Of a DNA stretch of 64,000 nucleotides, positions 45,321-56,830 are shown piece after piece. This DNA is from Macrostomum lignano (taxonomy: Eukaryota). The stretch spans positions 1-64,000 of the forward strand of contig NIVC01003629.1 of assembly GCA_002269645.1 (NCBI GenBank). The letters are read 5' to 3'. The position numbers were made by a program, and so were the translations under genes. The notes beneath the pieces were generated by a model. The model was given only the letters and a program-made list of their open reading frames with translations. It was not told where the DNA came from and searched no databases. Within the stretch, counting starts at the first letter, position 1. Each line of letters begins with the position of its first letter.

Positions 45321-46104
45321 CTAAGAGATGTCTCTACAGTCTGGCTTTGACTTTGTTCATGTACTTTCGGGGCGGTTTTTGTTAGCTGTTTTCATAGATT
45401 CTGAAACAATTCGACTGTCGTATATTTTAGCAAGTTATCGCCTACTTATGAGTAGTAAGGAAAGTACATGCAATGTGCAGAAAAATGACAGTTACTAAGT
45501 AGCACAGCTTTCACAAACTCGAGGATTTACAAACTCGAAATTTCACAAACTCGAATATTTACAAACTCAAGGATTCACAAACTCAAAAGCTTTACAACCT
45601 CGAAGATAAACAAACTCAGAATTTCACATTGTTTAAGTTTTGAGCTCGAAGAATTGGTGACTAGCGGAAGACATTTCAACCAGGTGATATTTCGAGCTTG
45701 TAAAATTCGCACTCCACAGTTACTATTATGACTAGCTCGTAGATGGGCTAAATTTACGTGTTAAACTACTTTCAGTACACTGGAATGTAAAAAATAGAAG
45801 CATTTCAATGTATTTTCAGGAAAAACTTGTTTATTCACTAGCTCTTACCCCATGAGCTAACCCCTCCCACCTCGAGTTAAAATGCAGAATCTCATATCTT
45901 GATCTCCTGGGTGCTTCAGCATTGTCACGAGCCACTGGACAGACAGTTAGAAGCTTAAAGAACAGTTTAGGTGCCATAGCAGGAAATGACAGTGGCAGTA
46001 CGCACAAGTAAGTTTGTATGCGCATGAAAATGATGCATGCTGGCTCTTTATTGGGCCGAAATTTTCAAGATGAAGGGCTCAATGACCCATATTGAGAGAG
46101 TGAG

Positions 46105-46420
46105 CTGGTAAGAGGGTGTGAGGGGATGAGGGTGTGAGGGGATGAAGGTGTGAGGGGATGAGAGTGAGAGGGGATGAGGGTGTGAGGGGATGAGAGTGAG
46201 AGAGGATGAGGGTGTGAGGGGATGAGGGTGTGAGGGGATGAGGTTGTGAGGGGATGAGGGTGTGAGGGGATGAGGGTGTGAGGGGATGAGAGTGAGAGGG
46301 GATGAGGGTGTGAGGGGATGAGAGTGAGAGGGGATGAGGGTGTGAGGGGATGAGGGTGAGAGGGGATGAGGGTGTGAGGGGATGAGGGTGTGAGGGGATG
46401 AGAGTGAGAGGGGAAGAGGG
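46105..46420 (+). repeat. 16-bp minisatellite (gagggtgtgaggggat)
   Basis: About 19 units upstream of the ninein ATG. Confidence 0.95.
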
Positions 46421-48860
46421 TGGCCAATACGTGATTCACGCTCGTACGATGTCAGTTGCATCCATTAGGAAGTATCTGCCACATCTGTGAACAATGTTGT
46501 ATATTGTGTGTTTTATAGGTACATGTACATGTTATGCAAGACACACAGCAAGTGCGTGCACGTATAATAGCGATCAACGCTTTTTGTTAGGATTAATATT
46601 AAAAATTTTAATGTTCGGATGTTTATCTATGCAGTTCCAACAGTACATTTTGCCAGAAGAAGAATTATTCAAGTTAACACTGTTATGTTGTTCAGTTCAG
46701 AAGTACGAATATAATAGCGACGGTTATACATATTCAGCAGTAAAAAATTAACTAAATCGAAATTAAGGCAAATCCGCAAATGCGTTTATAAATTTATTAT
46801 TGATAAAGCTTGTTTAATTAAATTTTTGTGTTAGAGCACGGCCGTTATATTTAAAAACAATGAAATGTTAAATACACAAGAAAGCATTTCAATTTAAAAA
46901 TTAAGCCACTTAAAAAAACATTGACTGAGGAATGATTCGTTTTTATTAAGTTATTATACTACCAAGCCTAAATAAAAATATAAAAATATTGTTTTAAATC
47001 ATAATTTATACTGAAAAGATGACAAAAAGTCTATTGTTTTTTTAAATCTGTGATGCTTCCTATCCTAAAATTAAAACCTTAAATTCTCATAAATTCTAAA
47101 ATTTCCATGTTAAACACATTGAAGAAAATCTTAAGACAGAATGAAATATAACTGTAAAAAATCACTTCTTAATTTACACAGAACTTAATTCTTAACTGGC
47201 CAACTCAAAAAATATTTTCTACCAGTACAAAACGTCATAGGCTGTAGCTTATGAAAGAACTTGTTTCTATATATTTTAAAAGATAGGTCTGACCCACAAA
47301 TCACAAGCTATTCGTTTGTTGCATCTTTGTGAAATTAAAATTACATCAAATATACGCTCGTAGCTTTCAGTCAAAAATTCTTAAGAAATATTACTATTTC
47401 GATTTGAAAAAGCGGTTTTATTACATAACTAAAATTGACACGAAAAACAGCTTTTGAGTTTTTATTTCATATCGTGGGATGGAACGTATACGTATTCCAT
47501 TGATTCTGGAATCAAGATGCAGATGAAACTAGAATCGAAAATACAAAATGCTGAAAAAAAGATATTTTAAAGTCCATGTTGAATCGCTGCCAGATATGTG
47601 CATCGTATCTACCGTGCTATAATCACGTATTAAACGATGTAAATCCAAGAAAAATCTTTGATTCCATTAAAGCAAAGAAAAATAACTTATACTAACAAAA
47701 CGCGTTTTCTGCGTTAAAAAATTTACCAAAGCTAGTATTTCATCGCTATGTCTTCTTAGGCATATAGAAAATACATGACTTCTCTTAATTTGACCCACTC
47801 TGAGAGAAAAATTAAGTTTAAAAAAGCTAGTTATGATGGCTATCAGACTGATGGCCCAAACTTTTTACCAAGGACTTCTAGACTAAGTCTAGACTAAGAC
47901 TAAGACTTAGTCTAGAAGTCCTTGCTTTTTACCACAGTGGCAGTGGCAGTTTTTACCACATTTACATCTATAGTTATCTACATCTATAAGTTCAACTTAT
48001 TTTGTATACAAGCTGTTATTGTGACTTATCTACATTATTTATACACTGTACAATACATGTACAACAGGAAAGTTTAACATGTACACTCGTACAATGTGAA
48101 CTTTGACTGTAGCTAAATCAAATCGAATCAGATGTCTCGCATGCAGGTTCGATTTACAAATTACGTTTTTTAAAACTGAGGCTTCTACTGTTGAACCTAT
48201 AAAATGGTCACACGACAAATCCACATTTCAAAGTATAAATTCTAAAATTTCCTCAAATAACCGGACAAAACTTTATATAAAACAATTACAAGTGGTTAGT
48301 CGATTTTTTATTTTCCGATAAAACTGCGCAAATCGCGCAAGGAACAGCGTTCTAAAATTTATTTATCGAGACAAAATTACTATAAAAATAATGCATTTAC
48401 GTCTCTAGACGGTGGCCTACAGAAGCGCTTGCGATCGATACACTCGTATTAAAACGAAGCATAACTGATTTTAAAAACAAGTAGTGAATAAAATCAACCT
48501 AAAATATCACATTTTATAGCTAATGCCGTAGGCACAAAGAAGAGAAAATGCGCATTCACGTTTTGGCTCGGAGTGGACCAAAAGCGGCATTAAAAATAAC
48601 AAGCGTGTCTATTACATGTACATGTACGGCTGAAAATCCTATATTCTATTTTTACGGGATCATAAAGACACGTTTTCTGAAGCTACGTATAATATTTTTT
48701 AGTTAGTAAGTAAGTCGTGTGAAAGTTAAGGAAGTGTAGAAAATATATACACATGGTGTCGATGTACTACTGCAAGCTGAGTAAAACAAAAAGTTATCAA
48801 AATCTAAACTTGTTAAAAACTACAGTCAAGGCAGAGTTACATGTATTACTTATTGAGTTC

Positions 48861-51800
48861 TTAAGCAACAGAATCTAAAGCATCCTTAAAGACTTGCTCG
48901 ACAGTCGCTACTTCAACACCGTCGACTTCGTTAATAACACCGGAAATTCTAGACTCGTCAAGAACAATAACCAAACAGTCGTTAGTAACAGTCTTAATAT
49001 CGCCCCGACCAAAAGATTCGGCAGAAACTGCGCCCCCAGCCAGGCAGAATCGAATCAGCTGATCAGTAGTCAACAACAATCCGGGACTGTTAAATCCGTC
49101 AATTAATATTCGAACTCTCCTATTGGCTAGAATTCGGCAGCTTGTATTCGATTCTGTATTGACATTAAAATACAATTCGTGCAAACTATCGAACGGACCG
49201 CTAGGCTTGTCAGCAGCAGCAGCAGCAGTAGATTTATCAGGAGCGGAACGTTCGTAATGAACAACATAAACTGGCAGAGATTGACGCGCGTCGAAGGTCA
49301 CGAGTTCGCGTCCGTCGGGGCTACGATGCGAATGATAGCCTGGTTGGCAGGGCTGGCCATGGGAGTAGTGCCGGCACTGGTAGGTGCGACCCGGGCTGAC
49401 CTGTGCGGAGTGAAGGGAGCTTAGTTTATGGCTAAACTACCAGATAATTACATGTATTGTTAGTAAGGCTATTATTCCAGGTGATTATACTCAACTAATG
49501 CCGAAGCTAATCACCCAATTGCATCAACTAATCATCTAATGGCGTCAACTAATTACCTAATGGCGACACCTAACCACCTAATTGCGTCAACTAATCACCT
49601 AATGGCGACACCTAACCACCTAATGGCGTCAACTAATTACCTAATGGCGACACCTAACCACCTAATGGCGTCAACTAATCACCTAATGGCGACACCTAAC
49701 CACCTAATGGCGTCAACTAATTACCTAATGGCGACACCTAACCACCTAATGGCGTCAACTAATCACCTAATGGCGACACCTAACCACCTAATGGCGTCAA
49801 CTAATCACCTAATGGCGACACCTAACCACCTAATGGCGTCAACTAATCACCTAATGGCGACACCTAACCACCTAATGGCGTCAACTAATCACCTAATGGC
49901 GACACCTAACCACCTAATTGCGTCAACTAATCACCTAATGGCGACACCTAACCACCTAATTGCGTCAACTAATCACCTAATGGCGACACCTAACCACCTA
50001 ATGGCGTCAACTAATCACCTAATGGCGACACCTAACCACCTAATGGCGTCAACTAATCACCTAATGGCGACACCTAACCACCTAATGGCGTCAACTAATC
50101 ACCTAATGGCGACACCTAACCACCTAATTGCGTCAACTAATCACCTAATGGCGACACCTAACCACCTAATTGCGTCAACTAATCACCTAATGGCGACACC
50201 TAACCACCTAATGGCGTCAACTAATCACCTAATGGCGACACCTAACCACCTAATGGCGTCAACTAATCACCTAATGGCGACACCTAACCACCTAATGGCG
50301 TCAACTAATCATCTAATAGCGCCAACTAATCACTTATTTCAGATACGAGCTTGTATATTTAACTGCTTCTTTATTTTAGTGTTGTCACTCAATAAAGATA
50401 GCAAGCAAGCAAGAATAAGGCACTACTAACCAGACACAGCAGTAGTTTGCTCCGGCCTTTCACATAGTCCATAGCGCAAGCCGGGTACTCGCTAAAGTAC
50501 ACGCCCCGGCCGTACCAGCCGGAATCGTTGGTCTGTCGGTATTCGGTGCTGTAATCATTAGGATTATGAAATCCCTGCCGACAGATGGACTCGATATTGG
50601 ATTCGTCTGTGCCGTGGAATGCCAGCACAGTTTTCTGGCTGTCTTTGTCATTGCCAGAGTCGTCTTTGTTTAATAGGTCTTGTTGAAATTGACGAAATCC
50701 GGTTAGAAGTTCGGGATTGATGATGTACTCAACTCTGGCTACCTGGAAGCTGAGGTGAGGGGAGGTTTCAAGTTTTAAACTACGATCGCTTTACATATGT
50801 GGAATGAAGGGGAGAGGGAGTAAGGAAAAAGCCAGAGAAGGCAAGAGAGTAATAGAAAGAGGGCTAGAGAGGGAGAGAACAAGAGCGACAGTCAGGTGGG
50901 AGTCAGAGAGAGAGCCAGGGAGTAAGAGGGAGAGAGTCAGGGAGAGAGTCAGAGAGGGAGAGAGTCAGAGGGAGAGAGCGCCAGGGAGTAAGAGGGAGAG
51001 AATCAGAGGGAGAGTCAGAGAGGGAGAGAGTCAGAGGGAGAGTCAGAGGGAGAGTCAGAGGGAGAGTCAGAGAGGGAGAGAATCAGAGGGAGAGTCAGAG
51101 AGGGAGAGAGTCAGAGTGAGAGTCAGAGGGAGAGTCAGAGAGGGAGAGAGTCAGAGTGAGAGTCAGAGGGAGAGTCAGAGAGGGAGAGAATCAGAGGGAG
51201 AGTCAGAGAGGGAGAGAGTCAGAGAGGGAGAGAGCAAGAGCGACGTCAGAGAGAGAGCCAGAGAGGGAGAGTCAGAGGGAGAGAGTCAGAGAGGGAGAGA
51301 GCAAGAGCGACGTCAGAGAGAGCGCCAGGGAGTAAGAGGAAGAGAATCAGAGGGAGAGTCAGAGAGGGAGAGAATCAGAGGGAGAGTCAGAGAGGGAGAG
51401 AATCAGAGGGAGAGTCAGAGAGGGAGAGAATCAGAGGGAGAGTCAGAGAGGGAGAGTCAGAGAGAGGGAGAGTCAGAGAGAGGGAGAGAGTCAGAGAGAG
51501 GGAGAGAGTCAGAGAGAGGGAGAGAGTCAGAGAGGGAGAGATTCAGAGGGAGAGTCAGAGATGGAGAGAGTCAAAGGGAGATTAAGCGAGGGAGAATCAG
51601 AGGTGGAGTCAGAGAGAGGCAGTCAGAAAGGGGAATAGAGGTTAAAGAAGAGTTTGAGAACGCCATCAAAACCAGAAGAATCGGTACAAGCGGACAAAGA
51701 CGAGACATTAATTTCATCAACAAGCTTAAGCAGAAAAATCAGTGAGCAGTGAGACAGAATTCCGGCATCAATCAAGGCCGCTAACCATCCAACGCAGTCC

Positions 51801-53084
51801 CTGGCTAACAGCCGATGAAACTGCGACTCAGCCAGTCGATAATGAGACTCCTCCGGTGAGCCGCAATTCCATCGAGTCGAGTCGGATGAATCAAGCGACA
51901 CGGTCAGGTATCGATGGTCTTGAATGGCTTCCAGCTCTCCAGGCAGGACGGGCAGCCCGACGCAGCCAACGCTTGATAAGCGACGCTCTCGAGATTCGGC
52001 TCGGGCTAAGCGAAGCTCGAGGCTTCGACGAGCGGCCAGGGCCTCGGCTACCAGGGCTTTGCGCTCGGCGTGAGACATGGCGCTGTACTGGCGCATGAGC
52101 GACAGGCCGCGGGACAGAGCGTGCGGTTGCTGGGATGACATTTTGAGGAGTTTTTGTTGAGATGTTTCAGTCATGTGATGCTTTACATGTATTCATGCGA
52201 TGCTTCGGTCATGTGATGTTTCGGTCATGTGATGTTTCGGTTATGTGATGTTTCGGTTATGTGATGTTTCGGCCATGTGATGCTTCGGTTATGTGAAGTT
52301 TTGATCATGTGATGTTTCGGTCATGTGATGCTTCGGTTATGTGATGCTTCGGTCATGTGATGTTTTAGTCAGGTGATATTTCGGTCATGTGATGTTTTAG
52401 TCAGGTGATATTTCGGTCATGTGATGTTTCAGTCAGGTGATATTTCGGTCATGTGATGTTTTAGTCATGTGATGCTTTGGTCATGTGATGTTTAGGTCTT
52501 GTGGTGTAAGCGCCCCGAACATAATTTTATTAGCTTTACATACTGTTAAACGTATTTCGTTATATTTCAACTGTTAGTAGAGAACTAGGTTATGGTGTAA
52601 TGTCCCGGTATTTTTCGATAAGAAATTTGCACACGAAGTATTAAAGACCTCCTGGCTAATCATCTATTTTCATGTGCGATTAGTAACTTAAATGAGCAAA
52701 AAAACTACTAATGGTAGCAAGGTTCAAACTAAATACCTTTTCATTGTCCGGTCCAGAAGAAGGCAAACCTACTGAGTTATCCAACTTTTGCCGTTTAGAT
52801 TCAGAAATCCCATTCTCATTAACTGGCAGGGTGTCTTGTCTCTGCAATGATGGTTTCTTTCCAGCATCTCCCGCTTCGTCATCTTGGCTAGTAGCTTCTT
52901 CATCACTGTTGCCATGGTGATAGGCATCGCTACTAGTAGCTTCCATTTGCACCTGACTATTGTTTAAATCTTTGTCTTCATCGGGATGAATGAAATCTGC
53001 AAAGTGCAGCAGCCCGGTTTCCGGGCAATCGGCTCCGTGGGGACACAGCGGTCGCTGCCGCTCTGGTGCTGACGAACTTGATGA
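48861..53084 (-). CDS. PBZ zinc finger + PARP-family ADP-ribosyltransferase catalytic domain + BRCT-like domain protein
   Basis: Phase-0 exons 52737-53084 ([24 protein letters not shown] = Cx5Cx6Hx5H), 51794-52129 (donor approximate; [16 protein letters not shown]), 50431-50742 ([47 protein letters not shown]) and 48861-49400 ([30 protein letters not shown], then a BRCT-like segment). No ATG upstream of the PBZ within the first exon. Confidence 0.85.
49505..50335 (+). repeat. 42-bp minisatellite, a dimer of two related 21-mers (atggcgtcaactaatcaccta + atggcgacacctaaccaccta)
   Basis: About 19 units in an intron of the PARP gene. Confidence 0.98.
50805..51640 (+). repeat. GA-rich repeat (gagagtcagag(a)gg)
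   Basis: Tandem purine-rich units in an intron of the PARP gene. Confidence 0.95.
52165..52500 (+). repeat. 16-bp minisatellite (ggtcatgtgatgtttc)
   Basis: About 20 units. Confidence 0.93.
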
Positions 53085-53204
53085 CTGAAATTTTTAATTA
53101 AGAGCAAGTCTGTAATTTCTGTTGGGAGCAATGCTTTTTTTTATAGCTAAAACTTGGCGTCTGAATGTGCTTTATAGGAACTAGGACAGTTTTAGGCTGG
53201 TGCT

Positions 53205-54005
53205 GGGTGACCCAGCGATTGAGGATCTGAGAGACCTAGCAATTGAGGATCTGGGAGGCCTCGCAATTGAGGATCTGGGAGGCCTCGCAATTGAGGATCT
53301 GGGAGGCCTCGCAATTGAGGATCTGGGAGGCCTAGCAATTGAGGATCTGGGAGGCCTCGCAATTGAGGATCTGGGAGGCCTCGCAATTGAGGATCTGGGA
53401 GGCCTCGCAATTGAGGATCTGGGAGGCCTCGCAATTGAGGATCTGGGAGGCCTCGCAATTGAGGATCTGGGAGGCCTCGCAATTGAGGATCTGGGAGGCC
53501 TCGCAATTGAGGATCTGGGAGGCCTCGCAATTGAGGATCTGGGAGGCCTCGCAATTGAGGATCTGAGAGGCCTAGCAATTGAGGATCTGTGATACCCAGC
53601 ATTTGAGGATCTGTAATACCCAGCAACTGAGAATCTAGGAGGCGGGCCCAGCAACGGAGGATCTGGGAGACTGTCCCAGAATTCAGAAACTAACCCTCTG
53701 GGAGGCTGGCCCAGCAAACTGACACTCTGGGAGGCTGTCCCAGCTACTGACACTCTGGGGAGGCTGCCCCAGCAACTAACACTCTGGGAGGCTGGCCCAG
53801 AAACTGACACTCTGGGAAGCTGGCCCAGAAACTGACACTCTGGGAGGCTGTCACAGCAACTGACACTCTGAGAGGCTGTCACAGCAACTGACACTCTGGG
53901 AGGCTGGCCCAGCAACTGAGGATCTGGGAGGCTGGCCCAGCAACTGAGGATCTGGGAGGCTGACTTAGCAACTGAGGATCTGGGAGGCTGGCCCAGCAAC
54001 TGAGG
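53205..54005 (-). repeat. Compound 24-bp and about 28-bp minisatellite with the CCTCCCAGATCC core on the minus strand
   Basis: gcaattgaggatctgggaggcctc units, then gcaactga(ggat/cact)ctgggaggctggccca units; the latter are the reverse complement of the 314-625 array. Confidence 0.96.
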
Positions 54006-54174
54006 AAGACTAAATTGTAAAATAATATCAAAGAAGAAATTAATTGTACACCAAAGCGCCAGAACGCAGAACTGCTGGACATTTTATATTTTTCATAAAT
54101 TTACAAGGGGTTCAGTGGGCTGTTTGGCTGCTACCATAGCAACCAAACACAGTAGCTCCAAAGCTCCACCAGCT

Positions 54175-54462
54175 TTAAGAGTTGCTCTGCCCCTGATCCA
54201 GCTTGGACTCGTAGCCAGTCTGGCTCTTGGCCTTGGCCCGGCATTCCTCTTCAACCTTCTTGGCAATCATTCGATCGAAAGCGCGCTGCACATCGCGCGC
54301 ACTCGACTGGGAAGCAACGGCGCCAGCTCGTTTTGGCGCCTTGTCGACTCGACCTTTGCGAGTTTTCTCGCGTTCGCTGGTCTTTTTACCTGTCGGAGTT
54401 TGGCGGCGCCTCGCCTCCTGAGCGGGCAGCTTGGCCTTCACTTTGATCTTGCCTTGAGGCAT
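54175..54462 (-). CDS. C19orf53: Leydig cell tumor 10 kDa protein homolog (UPF0390 family), single exon, 95 aa
   Basis: MPQGKIKVKAKLP...RKGRVDKAPKRA...MIAKKVEEECRAKA, a basic small protein matching the family pattern MxQG..K / KG.r.iAPK / i.kk.E....kA from recall. Confidence 0.8.
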   Translation of the reverse strand: MPQGKIKVKAKLPAQEARRRQTPTGKKTSEREKTRKGRVDKAPKRAGAVASQSSARDVQRAFDRMIAKKVEEECRAKAKSQTGYESKLDQGQSNS

Positions 54463-54879
54463 GAATGTTGTGTTGTTGACTAAGTTAAAAGCCTAACATT
54501 TTTACTGCTTGTAAAGATTTAAACTATATTTGCCAACATTTTTACTACAAGTAGAGTAGTTGTAAAAGTTATTCATCATTAAATGTCTACCTTCAAAATG
54601 GTTTTGTTTTTACGGTAAGTATAGCTTAATGAAAGTGATAGATATAATAATTAGAATTGTAGCTTGACTTATTTTTAATTGTGCAGTTGTCTTTTTATTT
54701 GAAATTCTCTTGCAGTCAAGACTAGTGAAACTTACACATAATAACTACTTGATCACAAAGCTTAGTCCATAAGTCACACAAAGTTGGGTACTTATACTAT
54801 TGAGTAGCAAGCAAGAATAATAGGAAAGAAAGCTTGAATGCTTTTCAACATTGATTGGCATATCAACCAACATCGAACA

Positions 54880-56830
54880 GAGTCATCTCAGGCCCGAGCC
54901 TTAAGCGATGCTGCAAGAGCTTGACGTCATTCGAGACGGCATCAAAGACTGCAGGAACGCTCCAAACATCAGCGAGGCGGAGGCGAAGGCCCTGCGGGAC
55001 CTACGGGCGGACAAGCCCATCCTCATCAAGCCGGCCGACAAGGGCAGCCAGCTGGTCATTCTCAAGCGGGCAAGACTATGTTCTTCAGTGCCTGCGTCAG
55101 CTGGAGGACCCGCTGTTCTATCGGCCCATGAACGCGCCGATCAACTGCTTCACAGCTCAGATGATCCGCACCGGTTTCAAGTCGCAGCTGGAATTATTGA
55201 TCATCGCCAGTATAATGCATTTAGCCCGAAGAGCGAGTTCCGCATGCGGTACTTTACTTCCTGCCGAAGATCCCCACAAGCCTGTCGAGTCTTGGCCGCT
55301 CGGCGACATTCCTCCGGGTCGGCCCATTGTGTCTGCCGTGGACAGCGAGACCTATGCCAGCGGCCGATTCATCGACAGCTTCCTGCAGCCGATCGTCATC
55401 AAGCTGCCCAGCTTCATCAGGGATACGGACCACTTCCAGGCCGCCATCCACGGGATCACCTGTCCGGCGTCCGAGGAGGCCTTCCTGTTCACCATGGACG
55501 TGTCAGCCTATACACCAACATCCCGACGAAGGCCGGTCTCGAGTGCGCGCGGAGGGCTTTTAGGGAGCGCCCGGACAGCCGATGCCAACCTGCTCAAGCT
55601 GACCCTGGAGCGCAACGACTTAGAGTTCGACGGAAGGTTACATGGGCTACTGGGAGCCAGACCACAGAAGCCGTCTGTGGCTCCGCTACATTGACGACGT
55701 CTTTGAAGAGTAACGGGGAACAGAGGCGGAGCTGGTTCGGTTTCACCAACATCTGGACACCTTCGACCCAAACATTCGGCTACAAGTACAATTAAGCTAC
55801 AGCTGCACCGAAGTCAACTTCCTGGACGCCACCGTCTTCTGGGACGGCGAGGGCGACAACAAGAGCCTGGGAACCTTGGTGTTCTTCAAGCCCAACGACA
55901 GCCGAGCCCTCAACATCTGTGTTGAGCTGTCCTCCCCCTTGTCGTCTTATGCTGAGTAGCGGCTACTCACTACTCCTGAATAGCTACCGGCATCGTCTGG
56001 AGGCCGTGATCCAGGACAGTTGTCCGGACTGCGGGTCCTCCCCGCATGATTCTAGACATCTGTTTCAATGCCCAGCCAATCCGACCATCCTGGAAGTGGC
56101 CGACCTCTGGCGGCATTTGGTGGAGGACACTAACTTTCTCCGCCTCAGCGACTCAATTTTCTGACCTGAACTGAGCAATGGTTACACACATACGAGTACA
56201 CACAGGTGAGCCCCTCATCCACCGCGACTTGTTCCATCCTAAGCAGACTTTCCGGGGCGTGGTGAAGTCCCAGGCTCCTCAGGTACACCTGGCGGTGCTC
56301 CCGGATGGCCGAATTCGACGCAGCGTCCACCAGGCTGATATTAAATTTGGTGCAGCACCAAGACTACAGCTGGTATTTCTTCCGCACCATCAAATACATG
56401 TTGACTGAACTAGGCTTCTACCTGACCAGAAGGTGGGAGTTTGGCTTCCTGCTGTGCAACCTGGCCCAGCACATGCCAGGTTCAGCTCCATCTGCCCCAG
56501 ATCAGCTGCCATATTGGTCCAACTCATCATCAGTTAGAGGATCGACTGCAACGAAATGAATTCCATCTACGCCATGTTCTCCCACTGGTGAAATCACATG
56601 GTCTATGTTGGCAGGACTGACCAACAGCATCTTTGGACGCATGCTGGTGCACATTGGCGACATCTGACATGCCCAAAACACTGCAGTAGCCCGCCACTTT
56701 ACTAGTGATAGCCTCAGGCTGACAGGTTTCACTGTCACCAGCATGTAGGCTTGGGATAGCTTAGGACAAGAAGCTAATGAACAGCATTAGAACCATGAAG
56801 TCAAGCTGATCAATGCCCTGCATGGCACCA
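54880..56830 (+). mobile_element. Degenerate Penelope-like retroelement (RT + GIY-YIG endonuclease), frameshifted and interrupted
   Basis: Across frames: NISEAEAKALRDL, ILIKPADKGSQLVIL, PPGRPIVSA, PSFIRDTDHF, FLFTMDVS.LYTNIP, LKLTLERNDLEFDG, WLRYIDDVF, EVNFLD, LVFFKPND; after the interruption HRDLFHPKQTFRGVVKSQ, then VYVGRT...RMLVHIGDI...TAVARHF (GIY-YIG remnant). Confidence 0.85.
55915..56165 (+). mobile_element. 3' fragment of a non-LTR (LINE) retrotransposon nested in the Penelope-like element
   Basis: SGYSLLLNSYRHRL...CPDCGSSPHDSRHLFQCPANPT...DLWRH is the C-terminal CCHC domain pattern of LINE ORF2 proteins; it splits the PLE thumb region. Confidence 0.7.

Noticed and set aside
49539-51745. 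ORFs [14 protein letters not shown] (296 aa) and the RE/ES-rich ORF (313 aa)
   Set aside because: They are antisense translations of intronic tandem repeats in the PARP gene.
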